A stretch of 43,060 nucleotides of DNA from positions 1-43,060 of the IMG/VR virus record IMGVR_UViG_3300020365_000037. One strand, 5' to 3'. The translations under genes and the position numbers were made by a program. The stretch is from a virus (Duplodnaviria > Caudoviricetes). The notes beneath the pieces were generated by a model, which saw only the letters and a list, made by a program, of their open reading frames with translations, searched no databases and was not told where the DNA came from. Position 1 is the stretch's first letter. Each line of letters starts with the position of its first letter. Shown here piece by piece: positions 10,117-19,680 of the stretch.

Positions 10117-11292
10117 TTAAGCGGTTGCATTCCAGCCAGTGATGACAGCGTGTGTCTTCTCTTGCAGAATTTCCAGACCGGATTCGGTCAGGTATTCATC
10201 AATCACGCCATCTACGCCGTTACCCTGACGGTCCTTCAAAAGCTGTGTATCATCTACATAGCGATAGCGAAGGTCCTTAGTGTCAAGGATGATTGCGTCT
10301 TTTTCAGCACCCGGAATTTGACGGAACATTGGGTGAGTTTTCACCTGAAGTGTTCCAGCAAAAGTATTATAGGTGGTGAACATCACACCGTAGGCATCGC
10401 CAGTACCAGTTGAATTAATCTGGTAGCGGTTCTTTGCCAGCTTCTGGAGATGGTCAGCTACCTTCCAACCACAGAGCATTAGCTTTTCGGAAGAACCGAA
10501 AGCAAAGGCTTTCTCTGCGAGGAACGCATCAAACTCAGCTTCAGTAAGCACACCAGCGTTTGCGTTTGCGGCGGCATCTTCTACGTTAGTAGTGATGGAG
10601 TTCATCAGGCCGTCTGTGTAACGCTCTGGGCGACCAGCAGAACCGGTGATGATGTCCTTCTTGCCAAACAGCATCGCACGTTCCATACCAACCATATGCT
10701 CCTTCAGAGCATCGCGAGACTTCTCAAGGTACTGGTCACCAGTACGGAAGTTCGTGTGCATCGCAGTACGTGTGATGCTGTATGGAGTACGGAAGATTTG
10801 GCAGAAGTTCTCAGTGCTTGCGGCATCGTATGAGATGCTGTCTGGAACGTCCGCGCCTTCAGCGTTGGCATTACCAATCATAAAGAAGATATCACTGGCA
10901 GTAATTGAAGCACCAGTACCACCATTACCCACACCGCGAGTTACGGTCAGAGTAGTGGTTGATGGCTTTGCAGTTACTTTGACAACCTCACCAGTTGTGA
11001 AGTTTCTCATCAGCATACCAATACGAATGAAAGTTAAATCAGCCGCAGAAGTTGCAGTCAGAGTAGTAGCAGAAGCAGAGCCTGTGCCAGAGTGAGTGAA
11101 ACGGAAATCCGGTAGGTCCTTACGGAAGTTGTGGAATTCCGGGTCATCAGTTGCTTCGGAAGGAAGCATCGAAAGAATTGCCGTCAGCGGGGCCGAACCA
11201 TTCGGCTCCAGCATCAGGTACTTCTCACGATAGTTTTCAGGGCGATGGTCAGCGGCGAAAGAGCCGGTGCCACGCATACCGAGAGTAGCCAT
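10117..11292 (-). CDS. Major capsid protein (SU10/DUF5309-like, HK97 fold)
   Basis: 391 aa with motifs NFCQIFRTPYSITRT, EHMVGMERAMLFG, EYLTESGLE; strong GAGG RBS; follows scaffold and precedes a terminator. Confidence 0.85.
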   Translation of the reverse strand: MATLGMRGTGSFAADHRPENYREKYLMLEPNGSAPLTAILSMLPSEATDDPEFHNFRKDLPDFRFTHSGTGSASATTLTATSAADLTFIRIGMLMRNFTTGEVVKVTAKPSTTTLTVTRGVGNGGTGASITASDIFFMIGNANAEGADVPDSISYDAASTENFCQIFRTPYSITRTAMHTNFRTGDQYLEKSRDALKEHMVGMERAMLFGKKDIITGSAGRPERYTDGLMNSITTNVEDAAANANAGVLTEAEFDAFLAEKAFAFGSSEKLMLCGWKVADHLQKLAKNRYQINSTGTGDAYGVMFTTYNTFAGTLQVKTHPMFRQIPGAEKDAIILDTKDLRYRYVDDTQLLKDRQGNGVDGVIDEYLTESGLEILQEKTHAVITGWNATA

Positions 11293-11427
11293 AATTATTA
11301 CCTCATATAGCCAGAGTTAAAAGGGGTTCGCCTCTCTGAAAGCTCCGTCTAGTCGTTGTTCAGCTAGTTTCCTTTTGGTCTTGGCCTACACAACGCCATT
11401 TGGTTGGCATTCATCAAAGTCAACTAC

Positions 11428-11456
11428 ATAATAATATAGACATAGACACAAATCAA
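11428..11456 (-). promoter_or_regulatory. Putative sigma70-type promoter for capsid gene
   Basis: TTGATT-17 nt-TATTAT on the minus strand; spacer contains TGTGTCTATGTCTA. Confidence 0.4.
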
Positions 11457-11472
11457 CTGTTTATGTCTATGT

Positions 11473-11562
11473 CTATGTCTGTTCTGTGATAGGTGATTTG
11501 TAAGGTACTCGTCTTCTTCTGTTTCTGAGACGCTTAAAATCAAACCACCTACGCTTTCGCAC
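11473..11562 (-). CDS. Possible Arg-rich microprotein (29 aa)
   Basis: GTG start 2 nt after scaffold stop; reads MRKRRWFDFKRLRNRRRRVPYKSPITEQT; no clear RBS. Confidence 0.3.
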   Translation of the reverse strand: MRKRRWFDFKRLRNRRRRVPYKSPITEQT

Positions 11563-11564
11563 TT

Positions 11565-12704
11565 CTAGAGAAGGTCAAGCATTTGGTCATTAAAGCTACG
11601 AGAAGGTGCGGCTTGACCCGGCTCGTCTGAACCACGACTTGCTACAGTCTCACCACCGGCTCTCGCAATATCTTTTTCAACCTGTTGCTTCATTTGAGCT
11701 TGTTCAGCCGCGTTACGACTACCGCTGGCTATAGCGTGATAGTCACGAATAGACTTATCAATAGCTGATGGATTAGTAGCAATCGCATCCTTATATCCGG
11801 GGAAAGTCTGCTCTTGCATCTCTACCCAAGAGATATAATCATTGAAAGTCTGTTCATCATCTATGCCAAGTTCCTGTGCGGTAGCAGATGCTTGAGCGTC
11901 AACAAGAGTTTGCTGTGATTGCATAGCCGCTTGCTGTTGTTGTTGCTTGAACATGCTGACATCTTCCATCAAGGTCGGCAGTACGGTAGCCGCTTGCTCA
12001 ATAGCAGAAGAATATTTGAAGATGTTTGCCATTGATTTGAAAGCCGCATCTGTTGGCTGTAGACCATTCTCTTCAAAAAATTCTTGGGCCGCTTGTGTAG
12101 CTTGCTCATCAGACTGCACATTTCTCTGCATTACGCGGGGGTCTGACTTGGCTTCAGCTACGGCGGGGCTTTCGGCTGGTGCCTCGGACTGGCCCTGCTG
12201 TGCTTGAAGCATCTGCAACATACCTTCACCCATAGCATTAGCTATTTGATTTGGGTCTGTAATACCGGTTTGCTCTTGCACACGTCTAGCAAGTTCCATG
12301 ATTGGGCCATACTTACTGTCCATGCTCTTGAACTGCTGAAGCATAGTGATAGCTTTTTCTTCAGGGATTTCTTCTTCCTGACCGCGATACTTAATCTTGA
12401 GCATTCTAGAAATAGTATCAGCTTCTACATCACCCATGTCTTGAGCGTTTGCATCACCGGCCTCTGCGCCAGCCCTTGGGTCTGGGTTATTTGTCACTTC
12501 AAAATCAAAATCTACAGGCATTCTCTCGTTGGCCTGTAGTCTTTCTGCCGCTGAAAAACCTGTCTTATCAGGGTTTGCCTCTGCGTCTGTCTGCGGAGTA
12601 GGGGCGTTTGCTGGGGGATTTGCCGCCTGTGCAGGGTCAGTGATTGCCCCAGAGCCGGGGTTCTTCTGTGCGGTTACTTCCGCTTCTGTCATATTCTCAG
12701 CCAT
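11565..12704 (-). CDS. Capsid scaffolding protein
   Basis: 379 aa, acidic, Ala/Gln-rich, with LKIKYRGQEEEIP motif; between portal and capsid. Confidence 0.7.
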   Translation of the reverse strand: MAENMTEAEVTAQKNPGSGAITDPAQAANPPANAPTPQTDAEANPDKTGFSAAERLQANERMPVDFDFEVTNNPDPRAGAEAGDANAQDMGDVEADTISRMLKIKYRGQEEEIPEEKAITMLQQFKSMDSKYGPIMELARRVQEQTGITDPNQIANAMGEGMLQMLQAQQGQSEAPAESPAVAEAKSDPRVMQRNVQSDEQATQAAQEFFEENGLQPTDAAFKSMANIFKYSSAIEQAATVLPTLMEDVSMFKQQQQQAAMQSQQTLVDAQASATAQELGIDDEQTFNDYISWVEMQEQTFPGYKDAIATNPSAIDKSIRDYHAIASGSRNAAEQAQMKQQVEKDIARAGGETVASRGSDEPGQAAPSRSFNDQMLDLL

Positions 12705-12966
12705 CTTTTTCTAACCTTTCGATTTCCTCTTGCGTTTGGGCTTCCTGTATCATTCGTTCTGGAAGTTCCAATGCAGTGCGGAATGCTGACATCAATGAAG
12801 CACATACCCGTAACTGGTCGGCTTCTGCCGATGCGTTACTGATAAGTGCCAACTCAACCCTTGTGTACTCGTCCTGTAAACGAGACCTGTAAGCCTCCCA
12901 AAAGAAATTGTCTTTTAACTTTTCAAAACCTTTGGAAAGTTCTTCACTCTTAACGTCCTTTGCCAA
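12697..12966 (-). CDS. Hypothetical protein (portal-scaffold linker gene)
   Basis: 89 aa helical; TTG start with GAGG RBS; overlaps scaffold start. Confidence 0.6.
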   Translation of the reverse strand: MAKDVKSEELSKGFEKLKDNFFWEAYRSRLQDEYTRVELALISNASAEADQLRVCASLMSAFRTALELPERMIQEAQTQEEIERLEKDG

Positions 12967-13108
12967 TTTTTATCCTCTGTCTTTTTCTGCGTCTGACTAC
13001 GGGTACTTCACAACAACAGGTGCGTGTCTTACGCACACGTCTGTAACTTTCTGGTCGGTTCTCAGAGTTGCCAGATATGCTTGAAGTCATGCCTGAATAT
13101 GCTCTCAT
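12950..13108 (-). CDS. Small basic protein (52 aa)
   Basis: ATGA overlap with portal stop; MRAYSGMTSS...RRVRKTRTCCCEVPVVRRRKRQRIKIGKGR fills the gap exactly. Confidence 0.5.
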   Translation of the reverse strand: MRAYSGMTSSISGNSENRPESYRRVRKTRTCCCEVPVVRRRKRQRIKIGKGR

Positions 13109-15264
13109 GATACTCTCGGCGTAATGGGTTGAGGCTGATTAGGAACCACACCCGGCTGACCCATCTCTTGAGCGGCTTGCCCCATTGGCACCAAGTTACC
13201 GGCCTGAAGCTGTTGCATAATCTGTTCATCTGGCATTACCTCACCGGGTTGCTTTTTCCAATTCTCTACATCAGTAAAGCCAAAGCTCTCAATCAGCCGC
13301 TCTACAAACATATCCATGTCATAGTTCTGAGCGGCTCCTGTCTCAGACAGCACACGTATAGAACGGATGAGGTTCTCTGAATTTTCTTCTGGAGACTGAG
13401 GAAGTGTGCCGTCCACGACTACATAATCAAAGTCACCCAGTATATCTCCACGGCTGTACTTAGTATCACCTGATGGATTATCTGCGGTACTTTCTTCTGG
13501 AATAGAGACCATGCCTCCATCAACCTCAAAGAACTGAAGGTTTGAAATCATTTGGCGCACCAAAGGTCTGATGGTAGTGCTAGACAGTAGACGTGCTTGC
13601 ATACCGAGCCTCTGTTGTCCGAGAGCAGTCAGACGTGCAATCTCTGTTGCTGTGCGCTGTGTTTCGGCCTGAATGCCTTGCGCTGTGTCAGAAGCGGCGG
13701 CAACTCGTTGCATCAGTTGTCCCGCAGTATCCAAATCTTGCCAGTAGTTCCGCGTTGCATCAGGAACCTGTAAGGGTAAGATAGCATCGCCGGGGTTAGC
13801 ACCGGGCAGTGTTCTAACTAATCTTGCGGCGTTGGGGTCTAGGATATCCTTAATATTTACACGGTTGGGGTCCACAACTAAGCGGTTTTGTACAATACTC
13901 TGAACATTCTCAACACGGGTACGAAGGAGCCAATCCTGATACCGTTGCAAAGGCATAAGTAAATCATATAGAGAAGACGCAAAGGTTTTGTGTGCATCAT
14001 ACTGACCTTCACCGTGAATAATAGGAATGCTATCGTGTGGGTAAGGTGAAGCGTCAAACTGAACCACCACGTTTTCATCCACCACAACAATGCGATACAG
14101 ACCAAACGGTGCTGGAATATCCAAACGGCGTGGGTCCATGTAAACATAAAGAGTGTTGAGAACGTGTGCGGTTCCAAGGCCAAAATAGTTCTTATAGTCT
14201 GTTCCGTAGTTACCGGGGAGAGTGGGGTCCACACTCTGGTCACGGATAGTGTCTTTCAAGAACTGATTAGCTGACCAAGCAAGTGAAGGTCTGGCATCCA
14301 CAATCCTATCCAGATTGTCATAATGCCCACGTCTATAAAGAGCCGTTAAGCTGGCCCAAGTTCTATATCCAATAAAGTCTGCCTCATGTCTGTTTTGTGC
14401 AGTGACACGGGGGTCAGGGAAATAAGACCAAGGGTCAATATTGACAGGTACATTACCGTCCTTGCCATAGAAGTTTGCGACAGGTGCCATACCATAACGG
14501 TTGTTGTCCAAGAAGATTTGGTACAACCGCTGTTCATACCCAACACGCCGCATGTTGTGGTGAAGCCGCTGTTCAAGAATCCTTGCGGATTTGCGGCTAG
14601 TGTCTCGGCTTGTTGGTTCAATTCGGAATGGGGGTGCGCCACCGAAAATGGCTAAGTTGTATGTACATATAGTATCACTTATTGACCTTGAGTATGGTGT
14701 TTTAATCTGGTCAATAATTCTGCCGCCAGAATAGCTTTGTCTGCTTTTCCGCTTGCTTTCATCAATAATACGTGAAGGTACATACATATCATGAGTAACT
14801 TCCGCGTCCTTCCAGTAATCATACCTCTTGGACATACGGTCATAACTCAAATCAAAATGAGCATGTACATAATCTATAATTTTCTTTTCTGTTTCTTTAT
14901 CCAGAAACTTAGCCGCATTTTCGCGTTCAACCAAAGCACTACCAACGAAATCCGCGCCAGTCGGTACTTCTGAAGATACCACCACAGCGGATTCCCTAAC
15001 ATCGGCCATGCTCTCCACCTTGTCAGGTTCTGGATTAGCCAGTCTATCATACTCGGCGGCAACAACTGCATCGTTCACCATGTCCCTACGAATATCGTTA
15101 CGTACATTTTGAATTGCCTCTACCGGGTCTACTTTTGGTCCTAAGTCATTTGGACCGGCTTCTTGCATACGTCTGGTGGCAACATTGTCCGAGATAGTGT
15201 CTGTGTTTTGTACAAGTGAATTGACCCCGGACTGGTCGCCCTTACCACTGTTATCGTGTGCCAT
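13105..15264 (-). CDS. Portal protein
   Basis: 719 aa downstream of terL; motifs such as LLMPLQRYQDWL and QGIQAETQRTATEI typical of podovirus portals. Confidence 0.85.
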   Translation of the reverse strand: MAHDNSGKGDQSGVNSLVQNTDTISDNVATRRMQEAGPNDLGPKVDPVEAIQNVRNDIRRDMVNDAVVAAEYDRLANPEPDKVESMADVRESAVVVSSEVPTGADFVGSALVERENAAKFLDKETEKKIIDYVHAHFDLSYDRMSKRYDYWKDAEVTHDMYVPSRIIDESKRKSRQSYSGGRIIDQIKTPYSRSISDTICTYNLAIFGGAPPFRIEPTSRDTSRKSARILEQRLHHNMRRVGYEQRLYQIFLDNNRYGMAPVANFYGKDGNVPVNIDPWSYFPDPRVTAQNRHEADFIGYRTWASLTALYRRGHYDNLDRIVDARPSLAWSANQFLKDTIRDQSVDPTLPGNYGTDYKNYFGLGTAHVLNTLYVYMDPRRLDIPAPFGLYRIVVVDENVVVQFDASPYPHDSIPIIHGEGQYDAHKTFASSLYDLLMPLQRYQDWLLRTRVENVQSIVQNRLVVDPNRVNIKDILDPNAARLVRTLPGANPGDAILPLQVPDATRNYWQDLDTAGQLMQRVAAASDTAQGIQAETQRTATEIARLTALGQQRLGMQARLLSSTTIRPLVRQMISNLQFFEVDGGMVSIPEESTADNPSGDTKYSRGDILGDFDYVVVDGTLPQSPEENSENLIRSIRVLSETGAAQNYDMDMFVERLIESFGFTDVENWKKQPGEVMPDEQIMQQLQAGNLVPMGQAAQEMGQPGVVPNQPQPITPRVS

Positions 15265-15266
15265 GT

Positions 15267-15395
15267 CTAAACCTTTAAATTTCTGCGAGGGGCAAAATGT
15301 GTCTGGTCACTCTTCGCCATGATAGCCAAGCCTTGCTTCACTTTACCTTTTGGTTTTACCTTTGGGCGCACAGGCTGTTTGATATTCTTCTTCAT
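15267..15395 (-). CDS. Small basic protein (42 aa)
   Basis: MKKNIKQPVRPKVKPKGKVKQGLAIMAKSDQTHFAPRRNLKV; ATGA overlap with upstream ORF; ends 2 nt before portal ATG. Confidence 0.55.
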   Translation of the reverse strand: MKKNIKQPVRPKVKPKGKVKQGLAIMAKSDQTHFAPRRNLKV

Positions 15396-15517
15396 GCGCT
15401 CTTCTTCTTTTTCTTTTTCTTTGGTTTCTTATTAAGAACATTAAAGTCCGCCCTAGTGATTTTATTGCGGGGCGGAGCTATCCGAGCGAGTTTCTTTTGT
15501 TTGGCAGTATATGGCAT
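15392..15517 (-). CDS. Small Lys-rich protein (41 aa)
   Basis: MPYTAKQKKLARIAPPRNKITRADFNVLNKKPKKKKKKKSA with GGAG RBS. Confidence 0.65.
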   Translation of the reverse strand: MPYTAKQKKLARIAPPRNKITRADFNVLNKKPKKKKKKKSA

Positions 15518-15581
15518 AATTATCTCCAGACACAGACATAGACACGATATTACAATAAAATAATGTGTCTGGCTAGTATTA

Positions 15582-16889
15582 TCAAAGCTCTCCAACACCT
15601 CGGACGTTATTCAAGTCCACATCTGCAAAGGCTTGTGCCGTCATCATTGGCATAGCGGAAGCGGCTAAGAATAAAGCCGTCACAGTATCATCATGAAAAC
15701 CACGGGGAGCTTCATATCTAATTCTGCCGGTGGGGGTTATATTATAGGTGTAGGCTTCTAACTCAGCCCACATTGTTGAGGTGTCGTGACTAGGGTCCAA
15801 ACTCTGACCGGGCAAAGGTATCTGTACACAACCTTCTTCTATAAGAAGCATAAGGTTCTGTACCATCTGGGTCTTCCTATCGTTAGTAAACTTGACCGGC
15901 TCAATCACCAGCCCCTTACTTACAAGGTTTTCATAGATAGGGTCACCTACTCCCGTGGCATCCATTACCACTTTGCCTCTGTATCTGGAGCAAAAATGTT
16001 CTATACGCTGACTGATAATAGACCAATCAAGCTGGTTAAACCTGTCATATCCAATAACATTGTTGGAATTGTCTAGGGCTACCAGACATGTAAAGTCTGT
16101 ATGCTTCGCCAAGTCTATGCCTACGCGGCAGTTGTCTGCCTGTGGGATAAGTTCAAGTCCATCACTTCTAGACCGCATCTGGTCTAAGCCCCGAAAGACA
16201 GCACCGCCTGTATCGAGAAACTCAGCCTCAAACTCTTGTTTGAACATGTCGGCTGGCAGTTCATCCTTCAACCGGTCCAGTTCTTCAGGCGGTATAAAAG
16301 GGTTAGTCTTCGTAGGAAACCTGTAACTCTTCCACGGATTAGGCTTACCGTCCGCTGTCTCAGGGTCCATGCCCCGTAGAAAGAACTTATGAAAGGCGTT
16401 TTTACCTTTAGGAGTTCCCATAATCCACGCCCAACCCGCCCGGTCAAGTAGCATCGCCGCAACAGGACCAGACCAAACTTCGTCTAGGTCGGATATAAAC
16501 CCAGCCTCATTAAGAATAACGCCGTCATACTGTCCACCACGTAGGTTATCTGGCTGGTCCGCAGAAAAGAATGTAACCTTATCGCCGTTTATCAGACGCA
16601 CTTCCATTGGTGGGGTCTCTACAACCTTCTTTATAAGTCCACCACTCTCGGCAAAGGAACGAAACACCCGGAAACTTTCTTTACCCTGCGGATTATAGAC
16701 AGGGTTCAACCACGCATACATCTTACCGCCCCGGTTACTTGCGTGTGTAAGGCTGTGTGAGAGTATCTTGATAGAAGCTAGGTGGTCTTTACCCCAACGT
16801 CTGCCGCATACCATAGTAATAAAGCGGTGAGGGTCCTCTAACACTAGCTGTTGAGTGTGATGTGCCTCAAAGGTTATTTCAGTTGTCAT
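15582..16889 (-). CDS. terL: Terminase large subunit
   Basis: Walker A region CGRRWGKD, NLRGGQYDGVILNEA, GTPKGKN, nuclease motifs GIDLAKHTDFT and HDDTVTAL. Confidence 0.95.
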   Translation of the reverse strand: MTTEITFEAHHTQQLVLEDPHRFITMVCGRRWGKDHLASIKILSHSLTHASNRGGKMYAWLNPVYNPQGKESFRVFRSFAESGGLIKKVVETPPMEVRLINGDKVTFFSADQPDNLRGGQYDGVILNEAGFISDLDEVWSGPVAAMLLDRAGWAWIMGTPKGKNAFHKFFLRGMDPETADGKPNPWKSYRFPTKTNPFIPPEELDRLKDELPADMFKQEFEAEFLDTGGAVFRGLDQMRSRSDGLELIPQADNCRVGIDLAKHTDFTCLVALDNSNNVIGYDRFNQLDWSIISQRIEHFCSRYRGKVVMDATGVGDPIYENLVSKGLVIEPVKFTNDRKTQMVQNLMLLIEEGCVQIPLPGQSLDPSHDTSTMWAELEAYTYNITPTGRIRYEAPRGFHDDTVTALFLAASAMPMMTAQAFADVDLNNVRGVGEL

Positions 16890-17394
16890 CGTGGTCCACT
16901 ATATCCGGGCGATTAAAGGAAATAGTATTTACTTTCTCTGCCTGACCACGGCGCACACCGTCTACGGATGACGTTATGTTCTCCAAATCCACGTTAGGTC
17001 CGGTTTGGTTAATAGTTATGGCCACTTTACCGGACCCAAACTGGTTCTGTTCTCCCGACATTGTGACCGGGGCCTGATTAGGTAAGCCCTTCTGTAGTAT
17101 TAGCTTGAATAATTGTAGCTGACCGTCCGTCATAGCGACTTCTTCGGGCAACATAAGCTGTACCGTGCCGTTAGAACCGTATACCCGCTCTGGATTCGCC
17201 GTCATAAACTTGACCAGCTTGTCGGCTACCTCTGGTAAATGCTGATATATGCGGTCTATGAACTGTCTTTGGTTGCCAAGAAAGGTTGGATGCTGGAGCA
17301 TCATGTCCTCTTTCTCAATCAAAGCTAGTTCTTGCTCCAACTCCACCGCGTTACGTAGGTGTTTAGGAACCGGTTTATCTATTCTTCGCGCCAT
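16879..17394 (-). CDS. Putative terminase small subunit
   Basis: 171 aa immediately upstream of and overlapping terL; first gene of the late operon. Confidence 0.5.
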   Translation of the reverse strand: MARRIDKPVPKHLRNAVELEQELALIEKEDMMLQHPTFLGNQRQFIDRIYQHLPEVADKLVKFMTANPERVYGSNGTVQLMLPEEVAMTDGQLQLFKLILQKGLPNQAPVTMSGEQNQFGSGKVAITINQTGPNVDLENITSSVDGVRRGQAEKVNTISFNRPDIVDHDDN

Positions 17395-17861
17395 ATATCT
17401 AGACCCCTGTCATCATTATAATAAAAATAAAAAAATAATCACTATTTTTCAAGTAATCTTTCCAAGCCCTCAAAAACTCATGCATGAGGTTCACACGCAC
17501 ACGCAGATTTTTTGGAACCGAATCCGGGGGTCCGACAGTGTCTTGGCACAGTGGGCCGTGGGCGGTCAAATTGACGGGGCAACGGTCTGGCAGACCGGTG
17601 GGTGACACGCAAAACATCAGGCGTTCAGCGGGTTACAGCCTGTCTGAATTCAGACTGTGTCCGCCATTGTGTCTGTCAGTCTGTCTGTCTGCGTGTCTGG
17701 GGCCTGTCAGGCTGTCTGGGGGCCGGACTGTGGCGGTTTACCGGTCCAGACGGTGGATTTTTGGCCACGCGGGTGGCACATCCAACATTCGCTGATGTAA
17801 TGGTGAAAGGTGCATGTTTTGGGCTAAATCATCTTTTTTTGCACTTTACGCCATTTAAATG

Positions 17862-17890
17862 TTGATAATGTCTATGTCTTGCCCCATATT
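17862..17890 (+). promoter_or_regulatory. Putative early promoter
   Basis: TTGATA-17 nt-CATATT after an AT-rich tract; spacer contains ATGTCTATGTCT. Confidence 0.45.
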
Positions 17891-18064
17891 AGGGGGGACA
17901 GGAATTTTTTGGAGATTTTCGGCTCACATGGCCTAGCCACCCAACCCGCTCAGACCCCAGCACCATTAGGACGAGCTTTGATAGCAACAAATAAAATGGC
18001 ACTAGACCATGCTTACGCTGACGGGGATTACTGAGACAACCAGACTGGGTTATGTCTGGCCAAA

Positions 18065-18117
18065 GCTGATAGTGGGATGTGTATCCCGCCTGATGATTGC
18101 GAAAGCATGAAATCAGC
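18065..18117 (+). ncRNA. Hammerhead ribozyme, type III (HHR1)
   Basis: Stem III GCUGAU/AUCAGC; cleavage triplet AUA (after 18071); stem I GUGGGAU/AUCCCGC; core CUGAUGA; stem II U-UGC-GAAA-GCA-U; core GAAA. Confidence 0.85.
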
Positions 18118-18152
18118 AACAGACACAGACAGCATGGAACGGGAGTTACAAC

Positions 18153-19643
18153 ATGCATAATTTCAAACTTACAGCGCAACAGCGCACTGCACTGCTCACA
18201 GATATGCGGGCAAAAATGAAACAACAGCCCCACATTCTGGGCGAGAGTTTCAAACTACACTTGGCCAGCAAGGCTGAGATTATTGAGGCGGCTCAAAAGC
18301 TGGGCTTAGATGCGGCCAGTTATGGTACGCCAGCGGGTGCGACTGCACCGGCTATGCCAAAACCTAAACCAGCTATTCAAGCCCAGCCAATCGCAAAGGC
18401 TGAAGCTGTTTCAGAAATGGGTGACTGGGCTAAGTCTTCTGGTCTGGAAGAACAGGCAGATGGTATTCTGCAACAGCCTTATGCTGACCTTCGGGGCAGT
18501 ATTATGGAGATGCTGTCAGAAAAGACAGACCTTCAAGCTAAACTGGCCAGCCGTCCAGCGGATAACGTGGTGGCCATGCCTGTTGCATCTGCGCCAGCTA
18601 TTGAAGTGCCGGACGTCAATGAACATGTCCAGCATGTTGAAGAGACCGGCACAGTGAAGGCTGGCAAAATCTTTCGCGGTCTGAATGTAGACTGGGATAT
18701 CCCTGTCTATAATGATACCCGCGCACCGGCTGTTGACCCAAATTATGTGCCGGACCCAAAACTGGCTCATGCTTTTCTTTCGGTTGCCAGACGTGCGGTA
18801 CCTTTGCCTATGCTGTTCTTTGGGCCAGCCGGTACTGGTAAATCCTCTCTGCCCCGTTACTTTGCTGGACAGACAGGGCGGTCATTCTGGAACATCACTG
18901 TGTCTGATGACACAACAGTTGATGATTTCTTTGGCGGGTTCCAAGTGAGGGGCGGCACCACATACTGGTCTGATGGCCTACTGCTTAAAGCAGTCAGACA
19001 GCCCCGCGCTGTTATCCTCATTGATGAGGTAAGCAGGGCGCGGCCTGATGTACTGGTGGCCCTCAATGGTATCCTACAGGACCGCGAATATATCGTACCT
19101 CAGACTGGTGAAAGTATCGCAGTTGCTGAAGGCGTCCAGATTATGCTGGCAGACAACACCAACGGGCGGGGTGATGCATCTGGCCTGTATGCCGGTGCAA
19201 AGCAGATGGATAGCAGTTTGCTGTCTCGCTGTGCAATCAAACTGCACTTTGGCTACCCTTCAAAATCTCAGGAAAGTCGGGTATTGCGTCAGCGGTCAAA
19301 TGCACCAAAGGCGTTCTGTGACAGTCTGGTAGACTTTATGTCTATCTGCCGTAAAGCGCATGACAGGGGTGAGGCCCCAACCCTGACAGTTTCACTGAGG
19401 GAAAGTACCAACATTGCCCTGATGGTAATGGATGGCATGGACCCATCAGAGGTTGTGCATTGGGTGATTGGTAATGCGCTGGAAGCGGTAGACCAAGAAA
19501 CACTGACCCAGTTGTTCAACACCAATGTCAATCCTGATGAATGGCTGGCCCTGTCTAAGGGCGAGACATGGACCCCACCGGCTGATGAGGGTGATGCTGA
19601 AAAGCAGACTGACGGTGATGAGGATGAAATGCCTTTCAACTAA
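18153..19643 (+). CDS. MoxR/CbbQ/CobS-like AAA+ ATPase
   Basis: Walker A GPAGTGKS, Walker B ILIDEVSR, sensor ADNTNGRGD, MDSSLLSR, VSLRE. Confidence 0.9.
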   Translation: MHNFKLTAQQRTALLTDMRAKMKQQPHILGESFKLHLASKAEIIEAAQKLGLDAASYGTPAGATAPAMPKPKPAIQAQPIAKAEAVSEMGDWAKSSGLEEQADGILQQPYADLRGSIMEMLSEKTDLQAKLASRPADNVVAMPVASAPAIEVPDVNEHVQHVEETGTVKAGKIFRGLNVDWDIPVYNDTRAPAVDPNYVPDPKLAHAFLSVARRAVPLPMLFFGPAGTGKSSLPRYFAGQTGRSFWNITVSDDTTVDDFFGGFQVRGGTTYWSDGLLLKAVRQPRAVILIDEVSRARPDVLVALNGILQDREYIVPQTGESIAVAEGVQIMLADNTNGRGDASGLYAGAKQMDSSLLSRCAIKLHFGYPSKSQESRVLRQRSNAPKAFCDSLVDFMSICRKAHDRGEAPTLTVSLRESTNIALMVMDGMDPSEVVHWVIGNALEAVDQETLTQLFNTNVNPDEWLALSKGETWTPPADEGDAEKQTDGDEDEMPFN

Positions 19644-19649
19644 AAATCT

Positions 19650-19677
19650 GGCGGGGGCGGTTTTTACTGCCCCTGCC
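19650..19677 (+). other. GC-rich hairpin between AAA+ stop and HHR2
   Basis: GGCGGGGGCGGT/ACTGCCCCTGCC stem with no downstream U tract. Confidence 0.6.
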
Positions 19678-19680
19678 CAA

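Noticed and set aside
187-16462. Plus-strand ORFs across the structural module
   Set aside because: Antisense shadows of long minus-strand genes with no RBS or recognisable motifs.
17399-18233. Short ORFs in the divergence region
   Set aside because: Low-complexity translations of GTCT repeats or antisense to the ribozyme; no RBS or coding signal.
19534-19600. Additional CTGATGA heptamers as hammerheads
   Set aside because: They lie in coding sequence and lack stems and a correctly placed GAAA/NUH.
19650-19677. Hairpins at 19650 and 21765 as intrinsic terminators
   Set aside because: Neither is followed by a U tract; each leads straight into a ribozyme, so they are more likely 3'-end stabilisers or insulators.
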